Assembly (NCBI GenBank): GCA_964016885.1
Contig: OZ024740.1
Location: 214,768,001 to 214,832,000, forward strand
From: Eledone cirrhosa
Lineage: Eukaryota
DNA: 64,000 nt
Direction of reading: 5' to 3'
The notes beneath the pieces were generated by a model. It was not told where the DNA came from and did no database searches. It saw only the letters and a list, made by a program, of their open reading frames with translations. How positions within the stretch are numbered: position 1 is the stretch's first letter; each line of letters begins with the position of its first letter. Below, piece by piece: positions 12,306-25,970 of the stretch. Made by a program: the position numbers and the translations under genes.

Positions 12306-12838
12306 AGGCGACGAATTGGCAGAGTCGTTAGAACATCAGAAATAAGTGTTTCTACTTTAGGCACAAGGCCAGCAATTACCCAGTACATTACTGGTACTTT
12401 ATTTTATCGACCCCGTAAGGATGAAAGGCAAAGTTAACCTCGGCGGGATTTGAACTCAGACTGTAAAGGGACGTAACTATGCTAGAAAGCATGGCGTCCA
12501 ACCCTCAACCGATACTCAATGTTTTGCGGTACTCGTTGCGGCTCTCTACTTTCTGAGTTCAAATTCTATGAGGTTAAATTTGCATATCATCATTTCGAGG
12601 TCGATAAAAAAGTATCAGTCAAGTACTTGACTTGTGTGGTGTGGTGTGGTGTGGCGTGTCTATGATTCTTCCTCTATATCTCTTTATTACTTCCATTCTC
12701 ACACTCTCTCTATCCTTCTCTTCAAGAAATCCGCTGTATTCAGACCTGGAGAAGACTGAGCTTCACCAGGTTTTAAATTGCCCTAGAAACGCCGTATGTC
12801 AATGTGGCACCCCTGTGACCCCTCCAGGAGTTACGGTG
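12306..12838 (+). mobile_element. Long-tail SINE split between A- and B-box by a minus-strand short-tail SINE (12345-12516)
   Basis: Head at 12306-12340 resumes at 12517. Confidence 0.85.
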
Positions 12839-13332
12839 GGTTTTACATTTGAATTCTCAGACTGAAGTGTTTCAGATAACAGTGAAGTAACTGTCAAAAC
12901 TTTCCTTTGCAACAATAAATTGTATACACCACATGTAAAGTATTGCGTACTTTCTTTATTCCTGTTTGAAATGTCTTTACCTATAATCATGTATATAAAA
13001 TTCACACTCTACATATATTTATACATATGTGTGTGTGTGTGTATGTCTGCATACATGGCTTATATGTGAGTACGTGTACTAGTGTATATCTATTATATGT
13101 ATGTATGTATATGTGCATAAATGTATGTATGCAAGTATGTATGTAAATATGTATGTATGTATGTATCAATGTATGTATGAATGTATGTATGAATGTATGT
13201 GTGTATGTCTGTATGTATGTAAATATGTATGTATGTATGTATCAATGTATGTATGAATGTATGTATGAATGTATGTGTGTATGTGTGTATGTCTGTATGT
13301 ATGTAAATATGTATGTATGTAAATATGTCAGT

Positions 13333-13929
13333 TGGTGCTACTGGTAACATGTATCCCAGTACAACCTGTCTCATGGTCGGGTCGTTGGCGACTAAACTGG
13401 CAACCCCATCAAGGTTTCTTGGTGAGGAGGGTGACTTTGGACATCCTGCAGGACTAAAAACAAAACCTGTCAAAGGGCAAAGGAGCTCTTAAGAGTCAAT
13501 GGCCATCCAAAATCACCGGGAGAGATGACCCCTTAGCCTTTGTCAAGGCAGAATTCTAGGAGAAGGAAAACTCTGATATAACACCTGCAACCCTGATGGT
13601 ATCCAATGATGTTGACTTGTTATTCTTTTTGGTAAATATCATCTTGGTTAAGAGAGTGGGACTGGCTTTGTGCAGTGCCTTTGCTCACTATAAAAGCTTC
13701 ACGGCACAGGCATTGCTTTATGTCTGGAGATCTCTCTGCACTTGTCGTTACATGGTACCATGGGCCCAGCACTATGTGTCAATAATTGTCACAGGTGTAA
13801 TGTTTGTACCAGAGTTTTCAAGTCGCTGGCTGGACTAAAAAAGTCACACTCGTTCAGCGCATCGGTAGGGGTTCTCCTACATGGATATAAAGTAGTGGCC
13901 GTACTCGAAAACGAGTTGGCAGCCACCAT
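13333..13929 (+). mobile_element. Bipartite non-autonomous RTE element, variant A (5' UTR fused to 3' end)
   Basis: RTE 5'-UTR-type motif CTAGGAGAAGGAAAACTCTGA; 3' zinc-finger remnant CNVCTRVFKSLAGLK; (GTAT)n tail. Confidence 0.75.
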
Positions 13930-14069
13930 GTAAATATGTATGTATCAATGTATGTATGAATATAAATATGTATGTATGAATGTATGTAAATATGTATGTA
14001 TGTATGTATGTATCAATGTATGTATGAATGTATGAATGTATGTGTGTATGTATGTATGTCGGGTCACTC

Positions 14070-14592
14070 TTGAGTGCTACTGGTAACATGTAACCCAGTA
14101 CAACCTGTCGCATGGTCGGGTCGTCGGCGACTAAACCGGCAACCCCACCAAGTTTACTTGGCGAGGAGGATGACTTTGGACACCCTGCAGGACAAAAAAC
14201 AAAACCTGACAAAAGGCGGAAGAACTCATAAGAGTCAACGGCCATCCAAAAGTGTGTAAATATGTATATACACATGTACCGTGCGGTTAAACCACTGTGA
14301 GTGAAGAACCCCTAGCCTTTGTCAGGGCATTCTTCGAGAAGGAAACTCAGGAAACTGGGATAACTCTGACATAAAACCTGCGGCTCAGTAGTTACCGATG
14401 ATGTTGATCTTTTCTTCTTTTCGGGGTATAGCTACTGTCGCTCAGAGAGTGGGATTGGCTCAGTGCACAGTCTTTCCTCACTTTAAAAAATATCTTCACG
14501 CACAGGCATTGCACGATAGAATTAATTAATAATTATTAATAATGGTATATCATGCAATGGCCATACTCGATAACGAGGGGGCATCCATCATC
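14070..14592 (+). mobile_element. Bipartite non-autonomous RTE element, variant B
   Basis: Same 5' part as variant A, different 3' part ending CTCGATAACGAGGGGGCATCCATCAT(GTAT)n. Confidence 0.7.
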
Positions 14593-14850
14593 ATGTATGT
14601 ATGTGTTTATGTATATATTTTGTATGTATTATGTATGTATGTGTGTATGTATAAATTTTTCCCAATAGAGAGAGAGTCGGTTTCTAACATAGACACAAGA
14701 CTCTCTCATTGGAATTTACACAACATCAACTAGGTATATTATGTATGCATGTGTATATATGGATGTTATTGTATGTGTGGATGTGGATGTTTTGAGTTGT
14801 ATGTGTGCATGTGTATATGCTTTGTATCTGTACATGTGTATATGCAGTTA

Positions 14851-15172
14851 TTAGATGCAAAATTTTTGGAATGTTTTACATATGTTTACTGTTCCATTAA
14901 TGGATTGTACTTGTAATTTCCTAACTAGTTGTGTTCTTTCTGTTCCTGTGAATCCCAACTTCTCAAGATTTGTATTGAAGCAGTTACTAACATACCCCAG
15001 TGCCCCAATAATCACAGTCATAAATCTGAAGGTGTAATCAGGGTGGAGTATCTGCAGATTTCTCATCAGTTCTGCATAAATATTCTCCTTTTCGCTAATC
15101 TTTGATATTATATTGGCATCTGCTGGGCAGCTAATTTCCACTACTGTGCATGTTTTTTTTCTCGCTGTGCCA
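14851..15172 (-). pseudogene. C-terminal restriction-like endonuclease region of an R4/Dong-type non-LTR retrotransposon
   Basis: VVEISCPADANIISKISEKENIYAEL...VIIGALG...LQVQSINGTVNICKTF*. Confidence 0.85.
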
Positions 15173-15308
15173 TATTATATGTGTGTATGTGTGTATGTAT
15201 GTATGTATGTATGTATGTATGTATGTATGTATGTATGTATGTATGTATTATGTATGCATGTATGTATGTATGTATGTATGTATGTATTATGTATGTATGT
15301 ATGTATGT

Positions 15309-15548
15309 ATAAAAGCTTCACGGCACGGGCATTGCTTTATATCTGGAGATCTCTCTACACTTGTCGTCACATGGTACCATGGGCCCAGCACTATGTGTCA
15401 GTAATTGTCACAAGTGTAGTGTTTGTACCAGAGTTTTCAAGTCGCTGGCTGGACTAAAAAGTCACACTCGTTCAGCGCATCGGTAGGGGTTCTCCTACAT
15501 GGATATAAAGTAGTGGCCGTACTCGAAAACGAGTTGGCAGCCACCATG
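15309..15548 (+). mobile_element. 3' part of the variant-A RTE element
   Basis: Near-identical to 13689-13929. Confidence 0.85.
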
Positions 15549-15621
15549 TATGTATGTATGTAAGTATGTAGGTATGCATGTATATATTATGTACATAGCA
15601 CTACACACAAGTACATATATC

Positions 15622-15664
<43 letters not shown>

Positions 15665-15799
15665 TTAAGCATAGCATTCCTGTTTGATGGATTTATATAA
15701 TTGAGCTAAAGTGCACTTGAAATCTTGTGGATACTCGTCCTCCTTCACTTGCAAGAGTGTTTTCCCTCTTTCAAGCGGGTGTATAACTGTGTAAGTACC

Positions 15800-15950
15800 T
15801 ATACACATCTGTCAGTGTGTTCCCGTGCATGTGTGCGTGCATGTGTGTGCATGTGTGTGTATGTGTGTGTGTATCACTGCGTCTGTATGCGCGTGGATGT
15901 ATGTATATGTGTGTGTATGTGTGCAGGTGTGTATGTGTGTATGTGCGTGT

Positions 15951-16003
<53 letters not shown>

Positions 16004-16712
16004 CAGGTGTGTATGTCTGTATGTGCGTGTGTGTATGTGTGTGTACATGTGCCTGTGCATGTGTGTGCATGTGAGTGTATGTGTGTATCTGAATGTGTGT
16101 ATGTGTATGTATGTGTGTGTGTATGTGTATGTGTGTATGTGTGTATGTGTATGTGGGTATGCGTATGTGTGTATGTATATGTGTGAATGTGTGTATGTGT
16201 GTATGTGTATGTGTGTATGTGTATGTGTGTATGTGTATGTGTATGTGTGTATGTGTGTATGTGTATGGGTGTATGTGTATGAGTGTACCTGTGTGTATGT
16301 GTGTATGTGTGTATGTGTGTATGTGTGTATGTGTGTATGTGTATGTGTGTATGTGTATGTGTGTATGTGTATGTGTGTATGTGTGTATGTGTATGAGTGC
16401 ATGTGTGTATGTGTGTATGTGTATGTGTGTATGTGTATGTGTGTATGTGTATGTGTGTATGTGTGTATGTGTATGAGTGTACCTGTGTTATATCCAGTGT
16501 TCCTTCATATAGAGAATACTTTAAGTAACATTCACTATCTTACATCTAAACCATTTAATGCCTCATCTTTAATGGGTTCACAAGACATATATATATTATA
16601 TATATATATATATTATATATATTATATATATATATAATATATATATATAATATATATATATAATATATATATATTATATATATATAGAATATATATATGA
16701 TATATGTATATA

Positions 16713-16747
<35 letters not shown>

Positions 16748-16917
16748 TATATATATTATACATGTTTAAATTATATATATATACGTTATATACATATATC
16801 ATATATATTATATATATATTATATACATATATCATATATATTATATATATATTACATACATATATCATATATATATTCTATATATATATCATATATATAT
16901 ATATATGTATATATTAT

Positions 16918-16952
<35 letters not shown>
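15800..16952. repeat. Compound (TG)/(TGTA)/(TA) microsatellite block
   Basis: Direct reading. Confidence 0.95.
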
Positions 16953-16954
<2 letters not shown>

Positions 16955-17149
16955 GGTTTCTTTCAAATGACGTTCTCTGTATGGATTCTATGTGATTAAG
17001 TTATATGAGTCATATAATGCAAATCTCCATTATTCAACCAGCTCCGCCATATTTGGAATAATAGCGGAAAATGTAGCAGAGAAATAATGATCTTAATAAT
17101 TGTTTCTATGTTAGCCACATAGGGCTGACATTAGGAAAACATTAAGGAC

Positions 17150-17717
17150 GGCATATGATGGCGGGTGACGGTACAGGACTGTACAGGACGGTACAGGACG
17201 GCACAAAACGGTACAGGACGGTAGAGGATGGCACATGGTGGCACAGGATGGTACAGGATGGCACAAGACGGTACAGGACGGTACTGGACGGTACAGAACG
17301 GCACAGGACGGTACAGGATGATACAGGATGGTACAGGACGGTACAGGACGTGCAGTGTGGTACAGGATGGTACAGGACGGTAGAGGGTGGTACAGGGTGG
17401 TACATGACGCTACATGACGGTACAGTGTGGCACAGGACGATACAGGAGGGTACTTGACGGTACAGGATGATACAGGATGGTATAGGACGGTACAGGACGT
17501 GCAGTGTGGTACAGGATGGTACAGGACGGTAGAGGGTGGTACAGGATGGTACAGGACGGTACAGGACGTGCAGTGTGGTACAGGATGGTACAGGACGGTA
17601 GAGGGTGGTACAGGACGGTACATGACGCTACATGACGGTACAGTGTGGCACAGGACGATACAGGAGGGTACTTGACGGTACATGGTGGTACAGGACGGCA
17701 CATGGTGGCACAGGACG
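17150..17717. repeat. Minisatellite, ~10-bp unit GGTACAGGA(C/T) with higher-order duplication
   Basis: Direct reading; recurrent variant blocks such as GTGCAGTGTGG and GTAGAGGGT. Confidence 0.92.
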
Positions 17718-17767
17718 AATTATTGTGAAATTTTTACTTGTAAAAACATAACGAAAGCAACCATGTA

Positions 17768-18273
17768 AACAAAAACAAAATTAGAATATGTTATTTCGCT
17801 CTAACACAGATTCGATGGTGATGGTCATCTGAAAGACATATGTATCTACCAGATACGATGGTGATAGTCATCTGAAAGACATATGTATCTACCAGATACG
17901 ATGGTGATGGTCATCTAAAAGACATGTATCTACCAGATACGATGGTGATGGTCATCTAAAAGACACATGTATCTACCAGATTCGATGGTGATGGTCATCT
18001 AAAAGACACATGCATCTACCAGATTCGATGGGGATGGTCATCCAAGACATATGTATCTACCAGATACGATGGTGATGGTCATCTGAAAGACATATGTATC
18101 TACCAGATACGATGGTGATGGTCATCTGAAAGACATATGTATCTACCAGATACGATGGTGATGGTCAACTAAAAGACATATGTATCTACCAGACATGATG
18201 GTGATGGTCATCTGAAAGACATACGTATCTGTTATTTTTGAGCGAAAAACTAAATTCTAATTTTGTTTTTGTT
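17768..18273. repeat. 43-bp tandem array (~10 copies, 17807-18230) enclosed by ~45-bp inverted repeats
   Basis: Unit CAGATACGATGGTGATGGTCATCTGAAAGACATATGTATCTAC; flanks AACAAAAACAAAATTAGAAT...TTCGCTC / GAGCGAA...ATTCTAATTTTGTTTTTGTT. Confidence 0.9.
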
Positions 18274-18858
18274 ATTAATTTTCGGCATAGCCAACCATAA
18301 AGTCTCTCAGTATGCAAATTAAACTAATCAGCCGATGTATACTTTAGAGAATAGTATATATTCTCAAGAGTTCTAGTGACGGAAGAGAGATACACAATCT
18401 TGACTAATGGCAATAATCCAGAAATATATTGTCGGTTGTTTCTCTCTGTCACTGCTACATCTAAAGGATGATGATAGTCGTTTAAAAGTCACAGTAAAAT
18501 GAGGCTGTTTGCTTGCAAACGAATCAGATCATTATTCGATATAAAACTCACAAAACATGTAAAATTTTCAAACAAAAAACAAATTCCCCCAGTACTGAGG
18601 GAAACTTCAGAGGGATCACTCGTGGAGAAAACCCACATGCCACGGTCAAAAGTGACCGCGTTACGTCTTTCGTCAGTATTTTGTTGTTGCGCAAACAACT
18701 GTTAACTTCAATGTTACATAAAGGGTGATGTACTCTACAACACAGTTTATCTCGCCTTCTCTAGGGGTGACTTTTTTATGGGGTTACAGTCTGTTTCCTA
18801 ATGGCAGACTCGACTATCACCTCTTTCTTTTAACAGCCTCACTTATACCCTCGAATCA

Positions 18859-21693
18859 TACACCACTGTCTAAAACAATGGTATAGTCCTTGGTACACCA
18901 CTGTCTAAAACAATGGTATAACACATTGGACAATATAGTCCTTGGTACACCACTGTCTAAATCAATAGTATAACACATTGGATAGTATAGTCCTTGGTAC
19001 ACCACTGTCTAAAACAATGGTATAACACATTGGATAGTACAGTCCTTGGTACACCACTGTCTAAACAATGGTATAACACATTGGACAGTATAGTCCTTGG
19101 ACACAACTGTCTAAAACAATGGTATAACACATTGGATAGTACAGTCCTTGGTACACCACTGTCTAAACAATGATATAACACATTGGATAGTATAGTCCCT
19201 GGTACACCACTGTCTAAACAATGGTATAACACATTGGATAGTATAGTCCTTGGTACACCACTGTCTAAAACAATGGTATAACACATTGGATAGTATAGTC
19301 CTTGGTACACCACTGTCTAAATCAATAGTATAACACATTGGATAGTATAGTCCTTGGTACACCACTGTCTAAAACAATGGTATAACACATTGGATAGTAT
19401 AGTCCTTGGTACACCACTGTCTAAAACAATGGTATAACACATTGGATAGTATAGTCCTTGGTACACCACTGTCTAAAACAATGGTATAACACATTGGATA
19501 GTATAGTCCTTGGTACACCACTGTCTAAACAATGGTATAACACATTGGATAGTACAGTCCTTGATACACCACTGTCTAAAACAATGGTATAACACATTGG
19601 ATAGTATAGTCCTTGGTACACCACTGTCTAAAACAATGGTATAACACATTGGACAGTATAGTCCTTGGTACACCACTGTCTAAAACAATGGTATAACACA
19701 TTGGATAGTATAGTCCTTGGTACACCACTGTCTAAAACAATGGTATAACACATTGGATAGTATAGTCCTTGATACACCACTGTCTAAAACAATGGTATAA
19801 CACATTGGATAGTATAGTCCTTGGTACACCACTGTCTAAACAATGGTATAACACATTGGACAGTATAGTCCTTGGTACACCACTGTCTAAAACAATGGTA
19901 TAACACATTGGATAGTATAGTCCTTGGTACACAACTGTCTAAAACAATGGTATAACACATTGGACAGTATAGTCCTTGGTACACCACTGTCTAAAACAAT
20001 GGTATAACACATTGGATAGTATAGTCCTTGGTACACAACTGTCTAAAACAATGGTATAACACATTGGACAGTATAGTCCTTGGTACACCACTGTCTAAAA
20101 CAATGGTATAACACATTGGATAGTATAGTCCTTGGTACACCACTGTCTAAAACAATGGTATAACACATTGGATAGTATAGTCCTTGGTACACCACTGTCT
20201 AAAACAATGGTATAACACATTGGATAGTATAGTCCTTGGTACACCACTGTCTAAAACAATGGTATAACACATTGGATAGTATAGTCCTTGGTACACCACT
20301 GTCTAAAACAATGGTATAACACATTGGATAGTATAGTCCTTGGTACACCACTGTCTAAAACAATGGTATAACACATTGGATAGTATAGTCCTTGGTACAC
20401 CACTGTCTAAAACAATGGTATAACACATTGGATAGTATAGTCCTTGATACACCACTGTCTAAACAATGGTATAACACATTGGATAGTATAGTCCTTGGTA
20501 CACCACTGTCTAAAACAATGGTATAACACATTGGACAGTATAGTCCTTGGTACACCACTGTCTAAAACAATGGTATAACACATTGGATAGTATAGTCCTT
20601 GGTACACCACTGTCTAAACAATGGTATAACACATTGGATAGTATAGTCCTTGGTACACCACTGTCTAAACAATGGTATAACACATTGGACAGTATAGTCC
20701 TTGGTACACCACTGTCTAAAACAATGGTATAACACATTGGATAGTATAGTCCTTGATACACCACTGTCTAAACAATGGTATAACACATTGGATAGTATAG
20801 TCCTTGGTACACCACTGTCTAAAACAATGGTATAACACATTGGACAGTATAGTCCTTGGTACACCACTGTCTAAAACAATGGTATAACACATTGGATAGT
20901 ATAGTCCTTGGTACACCACTGTCTAAACAATGGTATAACACATTGGATAGTATAGTCCTTGGTACACCACTGTCTAAACAATGGTATAACACATTGGACA
21001 GTATAGTCCTTGGTACACCACTGTCTAAAACAATGGTATAACACATTGGACAGTATAGTCCTTGGTACACCACTGTCTAAACAATGGTATAACACATTGG
21101 ATAGTATAGTCCTTGGTACACCACTGTCTAAAACAATGGTATAACACATTGGATAGTATAGTCCTTGGTACACCACTGTCTAAAACAATGGTATAACACA
21201 TTAGATAGTATAGTCCTTGGTACACCACTGTCTAAAACAATGGTATAACACATTGGATAGTATAGTCCTTGGTACACCACTGTCTAAAACAATGGTATAA
21301 CACATTGGATAGTATAGTCCCTGGTACACCACTGTCTAAAACAATGGTATAACACATTGGATAGTATAGTCCTTGGTACACCACTGTCTAAAACAATGGT
21401 ATAACACATTGGATAGTATAGTCCCTGGTACACCACTGTCTAAACAATGGTATAACACATTGGACAGTATAGTCCTTGGTACACCACTGTCTAAAACAAT
21501 GGTATAACACATTGGATAGTATAGTCCTTGGTACACCACTGTCTAAAACAATGGTATAACACATTGGATAGTATAGTCCTTGATACACCACTGTCTAAAA
21601 CAATGGTATAACACATTGGATAGTATAGTACTTGGTACACCACTGTCTAAAACAATGGTATAACACATTGGACAGTATAGTCCTTGGTACACA
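18859..21693. repeat. Tandem satellite, 52/51-bp unit, ~54 copies
   Basis: Unit CACCACTGTCTAAAACAATGGTATAACACATTGGATAGTATAGTCCTTGGTA. Confidence 0.97.
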
Positions 21694-21774
21694 AACCTAC
21701 GAGATGGCCACTACTGGAAGGCTTTGTGTCACAACAACAGTAGCATTATAAATATTTAAACCATTGCAAACATG

Positions 21775-22720
21775 ATTGATACTGCTGCTGCCTTTGCTGC
21801 TGCTGTTGTTGGTGTTGATGTTGCTGCTGCTGCTGATGATCTTACTGTTGGTGTTGCTGCTGCTATTGCTGCTGCCCTAGCTGTTGCTCTTGTTATTCGT
21901 CTGCTGCTATTGCTGTTGCTCTTGCTGCTGCTATTGCTACTCTTGCTGTTGCAGCTTTGCTGCTTTTTTCTGTTGCTATTTCTGTTGCTCTTGTTGCTGC
22001 TGTTGTCGCTGCTACTCTTGCTGTTGTTGTTGCTATTGCTGCGGTTGCTGTAGCTGCTGTTGCTGCTGCAACCTCTGGTTCTATTGCTGCTGCTGTTGTC
22101 GCTGCTACTCTTGCTGTTGTTGTTGTTGCTATTGCTGCTGTTGCTGCTGCAACCTCTGGTTCTATTGCTGCTGCTGTTGTCGCTGCTACTCTTGCTGTTG
22201 TTGTTGCTATTGCTGAGCTGCTGTTACTGCTGCAACCTCTGGTTCTATTGCTGCTGCTGTTGTCGCTGCTACTCTTGCTGTTGTTGTTGCTATTGCTGCT
22301 GTTGCTGCTGCAACCTCTGGTTCTATTGCTGCTGCTGTTGTCGCTGCTACTCTTGTTGTTGTTGTTCCTATTGCTACTGTTGCTGTAGCTGCTGTTGCTG
22401 CTGCAACCTCTGGTTCTATTGCTGCTGCTGTTGTTGCTGTTGTTGCTGCTATTACTGCTGCTCTTGCTGTTGCTGTTGTTGCTGCTGTTCTTGCTGCTGC
22501 TGTTGCTGCTGTTGCTGCTGCTCCTGTTGTTGCTGTTGCTGCTATTGCTGTTGCTGCTATTGCTGTTGCTCCTGCTGCTGCTATTACTGCTGCTGTTGCT
22601 GCTGCTGTTGTTGCTGATGCTGTTGCTGCTGTTGAGGCAGCAGCTGCTGTTGTTATTGTTAATGATGATTATAGTGGTTGTAATTATATATACGATGATG
22701 GTGATGTTAATGAAGTGGTG
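21775..22720. repeat. Cryptic (CTG/TTG)n trinucleotide tract with ~80-bp higher-order unit
   Basis: Marker GCAACCTCTGGTTCTATT recurs five times. Confidence 0.92.
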
Positions 22721-23069
22721 AAGATGACAAAGATGCAATTACAACTTCAACACAAATAACAAAACTAAAAGTTTCGATAATTGTAAAGCCAGCCTTTGTA
22801 TGAAATAGATGATGATTAATGAGAAGCTATCACCTGAATTATTGAACTGGTGTCCGGTTCGTTTAATTAACACATCAAAATTTTATTATTTCTACTCTGT
22901 CATCGAGGTTACCATATTTGGAAACACAGTAGCCTGCTTCAGCTAGAACAATAATCAACTTCATGTTTTAGTATGTTTTATATATTCGCCACATGAACAA
23001 TAACGACATATTACCGAACAATACACCACTGTCCAAACTACCAGACGATAATATGGAACTCTCCCATCC

Positions 23070-23432
23070 ATTTCAGTGGAAGGGAAAATTCCTAAGTTTT
23101 ATCGCATGCTATCAAATACTCTGACTTCTAAGATGGTCACAATCGACTTTTTTTTCCAGGAAAACGGAACGGGTTGGGATAGGATGGGTGCCACTCCCCG
23201 GATATCACCTCCTTCCCTCCAAGTTTCCTCTACGATTGTGTTTTCTTTCGCTTGTTAACGAATATGACCTACGAACCAGTCGGAAACGACTAGCTTTGAT
23301 GAAAAAAGAGGGTGAGCCACCCCAACCACTCCGTTTTCTTGTAAAAAAAGACTCGATTGCGAGCATCTTGGAGGTTAGATTAGTTGATAGCACATGAAAA
23401 ACAACGAGGAAAACCCCTTTTTCCACTGAAAT
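23070..23432. mobile_element. Foldback-type MITE with ~115-bp imperfect terminal inverted repeats
   Basis: ATTTCAGTGGAAGG...CATGCTATCAA...AAGATGGTCACAATCGA mirrored by TCGATTGCGAGCATCTT...TTGATAGCACATG...TTCCACTGAAAT. Confidence 0.7.
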
Positions 23433-23464
23433 CAAGGCGGATGTTCTTCAATCGATTTACCTAA

Positions 23465-23528
<64 letters not shown>

Positions 23529-23865
23529 TGTGTGTGTAATATAAGAGTGTATGAAAGCATATACAATATAGAATGTAGTTTGTTTGAAGCACTAAGTATA
23601 GTATATAATGTAGGAAATGATATGTTTTAAGAAGGTTAAGACAATGTGAAATTGACGGTAAAATTAGGAAAAGAATAATAATCTTTGCTATAATAATAAA
23701 TACCAGGTAACAATCTTCGTTGTCTTCATTTAAACTAAATTTTACAGTCTATTTTACATTGACCTAGCTGTCTTAAAACATATCATTTATTACATTATAC
23801 ATATACATGTTTATATAATGATAAACATACATATGTCTCACTTTGTGTGTTTAAAGCTGTAATAA

Positions 23866-24043
23866 TAATTGTTTCTACTTTTGGCACAAGGCCAACAATT
23901 ACCCAGTACGTTACTGGTACTTTATTTTATCTACTCCGTAAGGACGAAAGGCAAAGTTAACCTCGGCGGGATTTGAACTCAGATCGTAAAGGGACATAAC
24001 TATGCTGGAAAGCATGCCCGACCCTCTACCGATACTGCCAATT
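23866..24043 (-). mobile_element. SINE, short-tail subfamily
   Basis: Full A-box, B-box, body and 3' end on the minus strand. Confidence 0.9.
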
Positions 24044-24050
24044 CTGTGAG

Positions 24051-24100
24051 AACGTCAAACACTGTGTGTTTCAGGGATTTTATCCATCTTCAGTGACATT
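24051..24100 (-). ncRNA. Compact type-I hammerhead ribozyme
   Basis: Minus strand AATGTCA-CTGAAGA-T-GGAT(AAA)ATCC-CT-GAAA-CAC(ACA)GTG-TT-TGACGTT; 7-bp stem I, GUU site. Confidence 0.8.
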
Positions 24101-24296
24101 TCCTTACTCGGCATTGAACAAAATATAGATTTTGCAGATGGTACATCTAAGGAAATATTAATTTTCATATTGTGTGAGTTTAACAGGCTGGTATTAGTGG
24201 TGGCACTATTATGAATCACGTTATACTAATGTTACTGCTAACACACACACACACGCACACACACACACACACACACGCACACATACATACATACAT

Positions 24297-25062
24297 AGTG
24301 GCTGCCAACTCGTTTTCGAGTACGGCCACTACTTTATATCCATGTAGGAGAACCCCTACCGAAGCGCTGAACGAGTGCGACTTTTTAGTCCAGCCAGCGA
24401 CTTGAAAACTCTGGTACAAACACTACACTTGTGACAATTATTGACACATAGTGCTGGGCCCATGGTACCATGTGACGACAAGTGCAGAGAGATCTCCAGA
24501 TACAAAGCAATGCCTGTGCCGTGAAGCTTTTATAGTGAGCAAAGGCACTGCACAAAGCCAGTCCCACTCTCTTAACCAAGATGATATTTACCAAAAAGTA
24601 GAACAAGTCAACATCATTGGATACCATCAGAGTTGCAGGTGTTATATCAGAGTTTTCCTTCTCCTAGAATTCTGCCTTGACAAAGGCTAAGGGGTCATCT
24701 CTCCCGGTGATTTTGGATGCCCATTGACTCTTAAGAGCTCCTTAGCCCTTTGACAGGTTTTGTTTTTAGTCCTGCAGGATGTCCAAAGTCACCCTCCTCA
24801 CCAAGATACCTTGGTGGGGTTGCCAGTTTAGTCGCCAACGACCCGACCATGAGACATACATACATACATATATACATACATACATACACACATACATACA
24901 TGATGGTTGCCCCCTCGTTATCGAGTATGACCATTGCACGATATAACATTATTAATAGTTATCAATTAATGCTATTGTGCAATACCTGTGCGTGAAGATT
25001 TTTTTTTAAGTGACGAAAGACTGTGCACTGAGCCATCCCAGTTTCCTGAGTTACCTTCTCCT
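24297..25062 (-). mobile_element. Two bipartite RTE elements (variant A 24297-24856; variant B 3' part 24900-25062)
   Basis: Reverse complements of 13365-13929 and 14350-14592. Confidence 0.85.
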
Positions 25063-25372
25063 GACATACATACATACATATAGAGTCTGCTGAAACCTAA
25101 AGATTAAGATCCCATAACTCCTTCTGGGGTCGTAGAGGTAACGTCAAACGGCGTGTCTAGGGCACTTTCAAACGTGGCGGAGCCCAACCCTCTCCAGAGT
25201 AGGTATAGAGATATGTAAAATTCCGACCGCGGCGCCAAGCGGTTTCGGCTTGTGTCGTCAGGAAGCCTTTTCAAGCCGCTGAAAGGTTTGCTGAACACAC
25301 TGGCCGAAACGGCTTGCCGCTACGGTCGGGATTTTACATCTCTCTCTCTGACTCTCTCTCTCTTTCTCTCTC

Positions 25373-25500
<128 letters not shown>

Positions 25501-25647
25501 GAAATTCTATTTAAATTGTTGGGATACAACAAGCAAATATTTTTATAACTGATATAAAGCACTCAACAAAAAATTGGAGTATTCAACAGTAATGGTCGTA
25601 TTCTTTAAGGGTATGTCAATATTTATTTATAAAATTGCTCTATATTA

Positions 25648-25712
25648 TATTTTATCTGAAGAAAGCACACCATAATTTAACTTGGTGTCCTTGAAATATG
25701 TATAATGAAATA
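25648..25712 (+). ncRNA. Type-I hammerhead ribozyme in a Penelope-like pLTR remnant (25497-25752)
   Basis: TATTTTAT-CTGAAGA-AAGCACACCA/TGGTGTCCTT-GAAA-TATGT-ATA-ATGAAATA. Confidence 0.75.
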
Positions 25713-25819
25713 AATATGGTTTATAAATATAGTTTCCATTTGTTAACATCGTATATATATATCTACATATATATATATATCTTTTGAAAATAAAATACAT
25801 TAAGGGTGAAAACAAAAAC

Positions 25820-25970
25820 TAATTGTTTCTACTTTAGGCACAAGGCCAGTAATTTGGGGGGAAGGGAAAACCGATTAAATCAACCCCAGTACATTACTGG
25901 TGCTTTATATATCAACCCCGTAAGGATGAAAGGCAAAGTTAACCTCGGTGGGATTTTAACTCAGACCGTA
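25820..25970 (-). mobile_element. SINE fragment
   Basis: Body and 3' end on the minus strand. Confidence 0.85.

Noticed and set aside
14075-14175. HDV-like ribozyme in the RTE 5' module
   Set aside because: Known for some RTEs, but I could not fit the nested double pseudoknot by eye
18957-21591. Repeated Cys/His-containing ORFs (CYTIVLDSG, YHC) as zinc fingers
   Set aside because: The 52/51-bp unit does not hold frame; satellite translation
1-21693. 41-, 29-, 43- and 52-bp arrays as CRISPR arrays
   Set aside because: Head-to-tail units with no unique spacers, no cas genes, eukaryotic context
21772-22738. Poly-Leu, poly-Cys and Ala-rich (antifreeze-like) ORFs
   Set aside because: Open in most frames because of the CTG/TTG repeat
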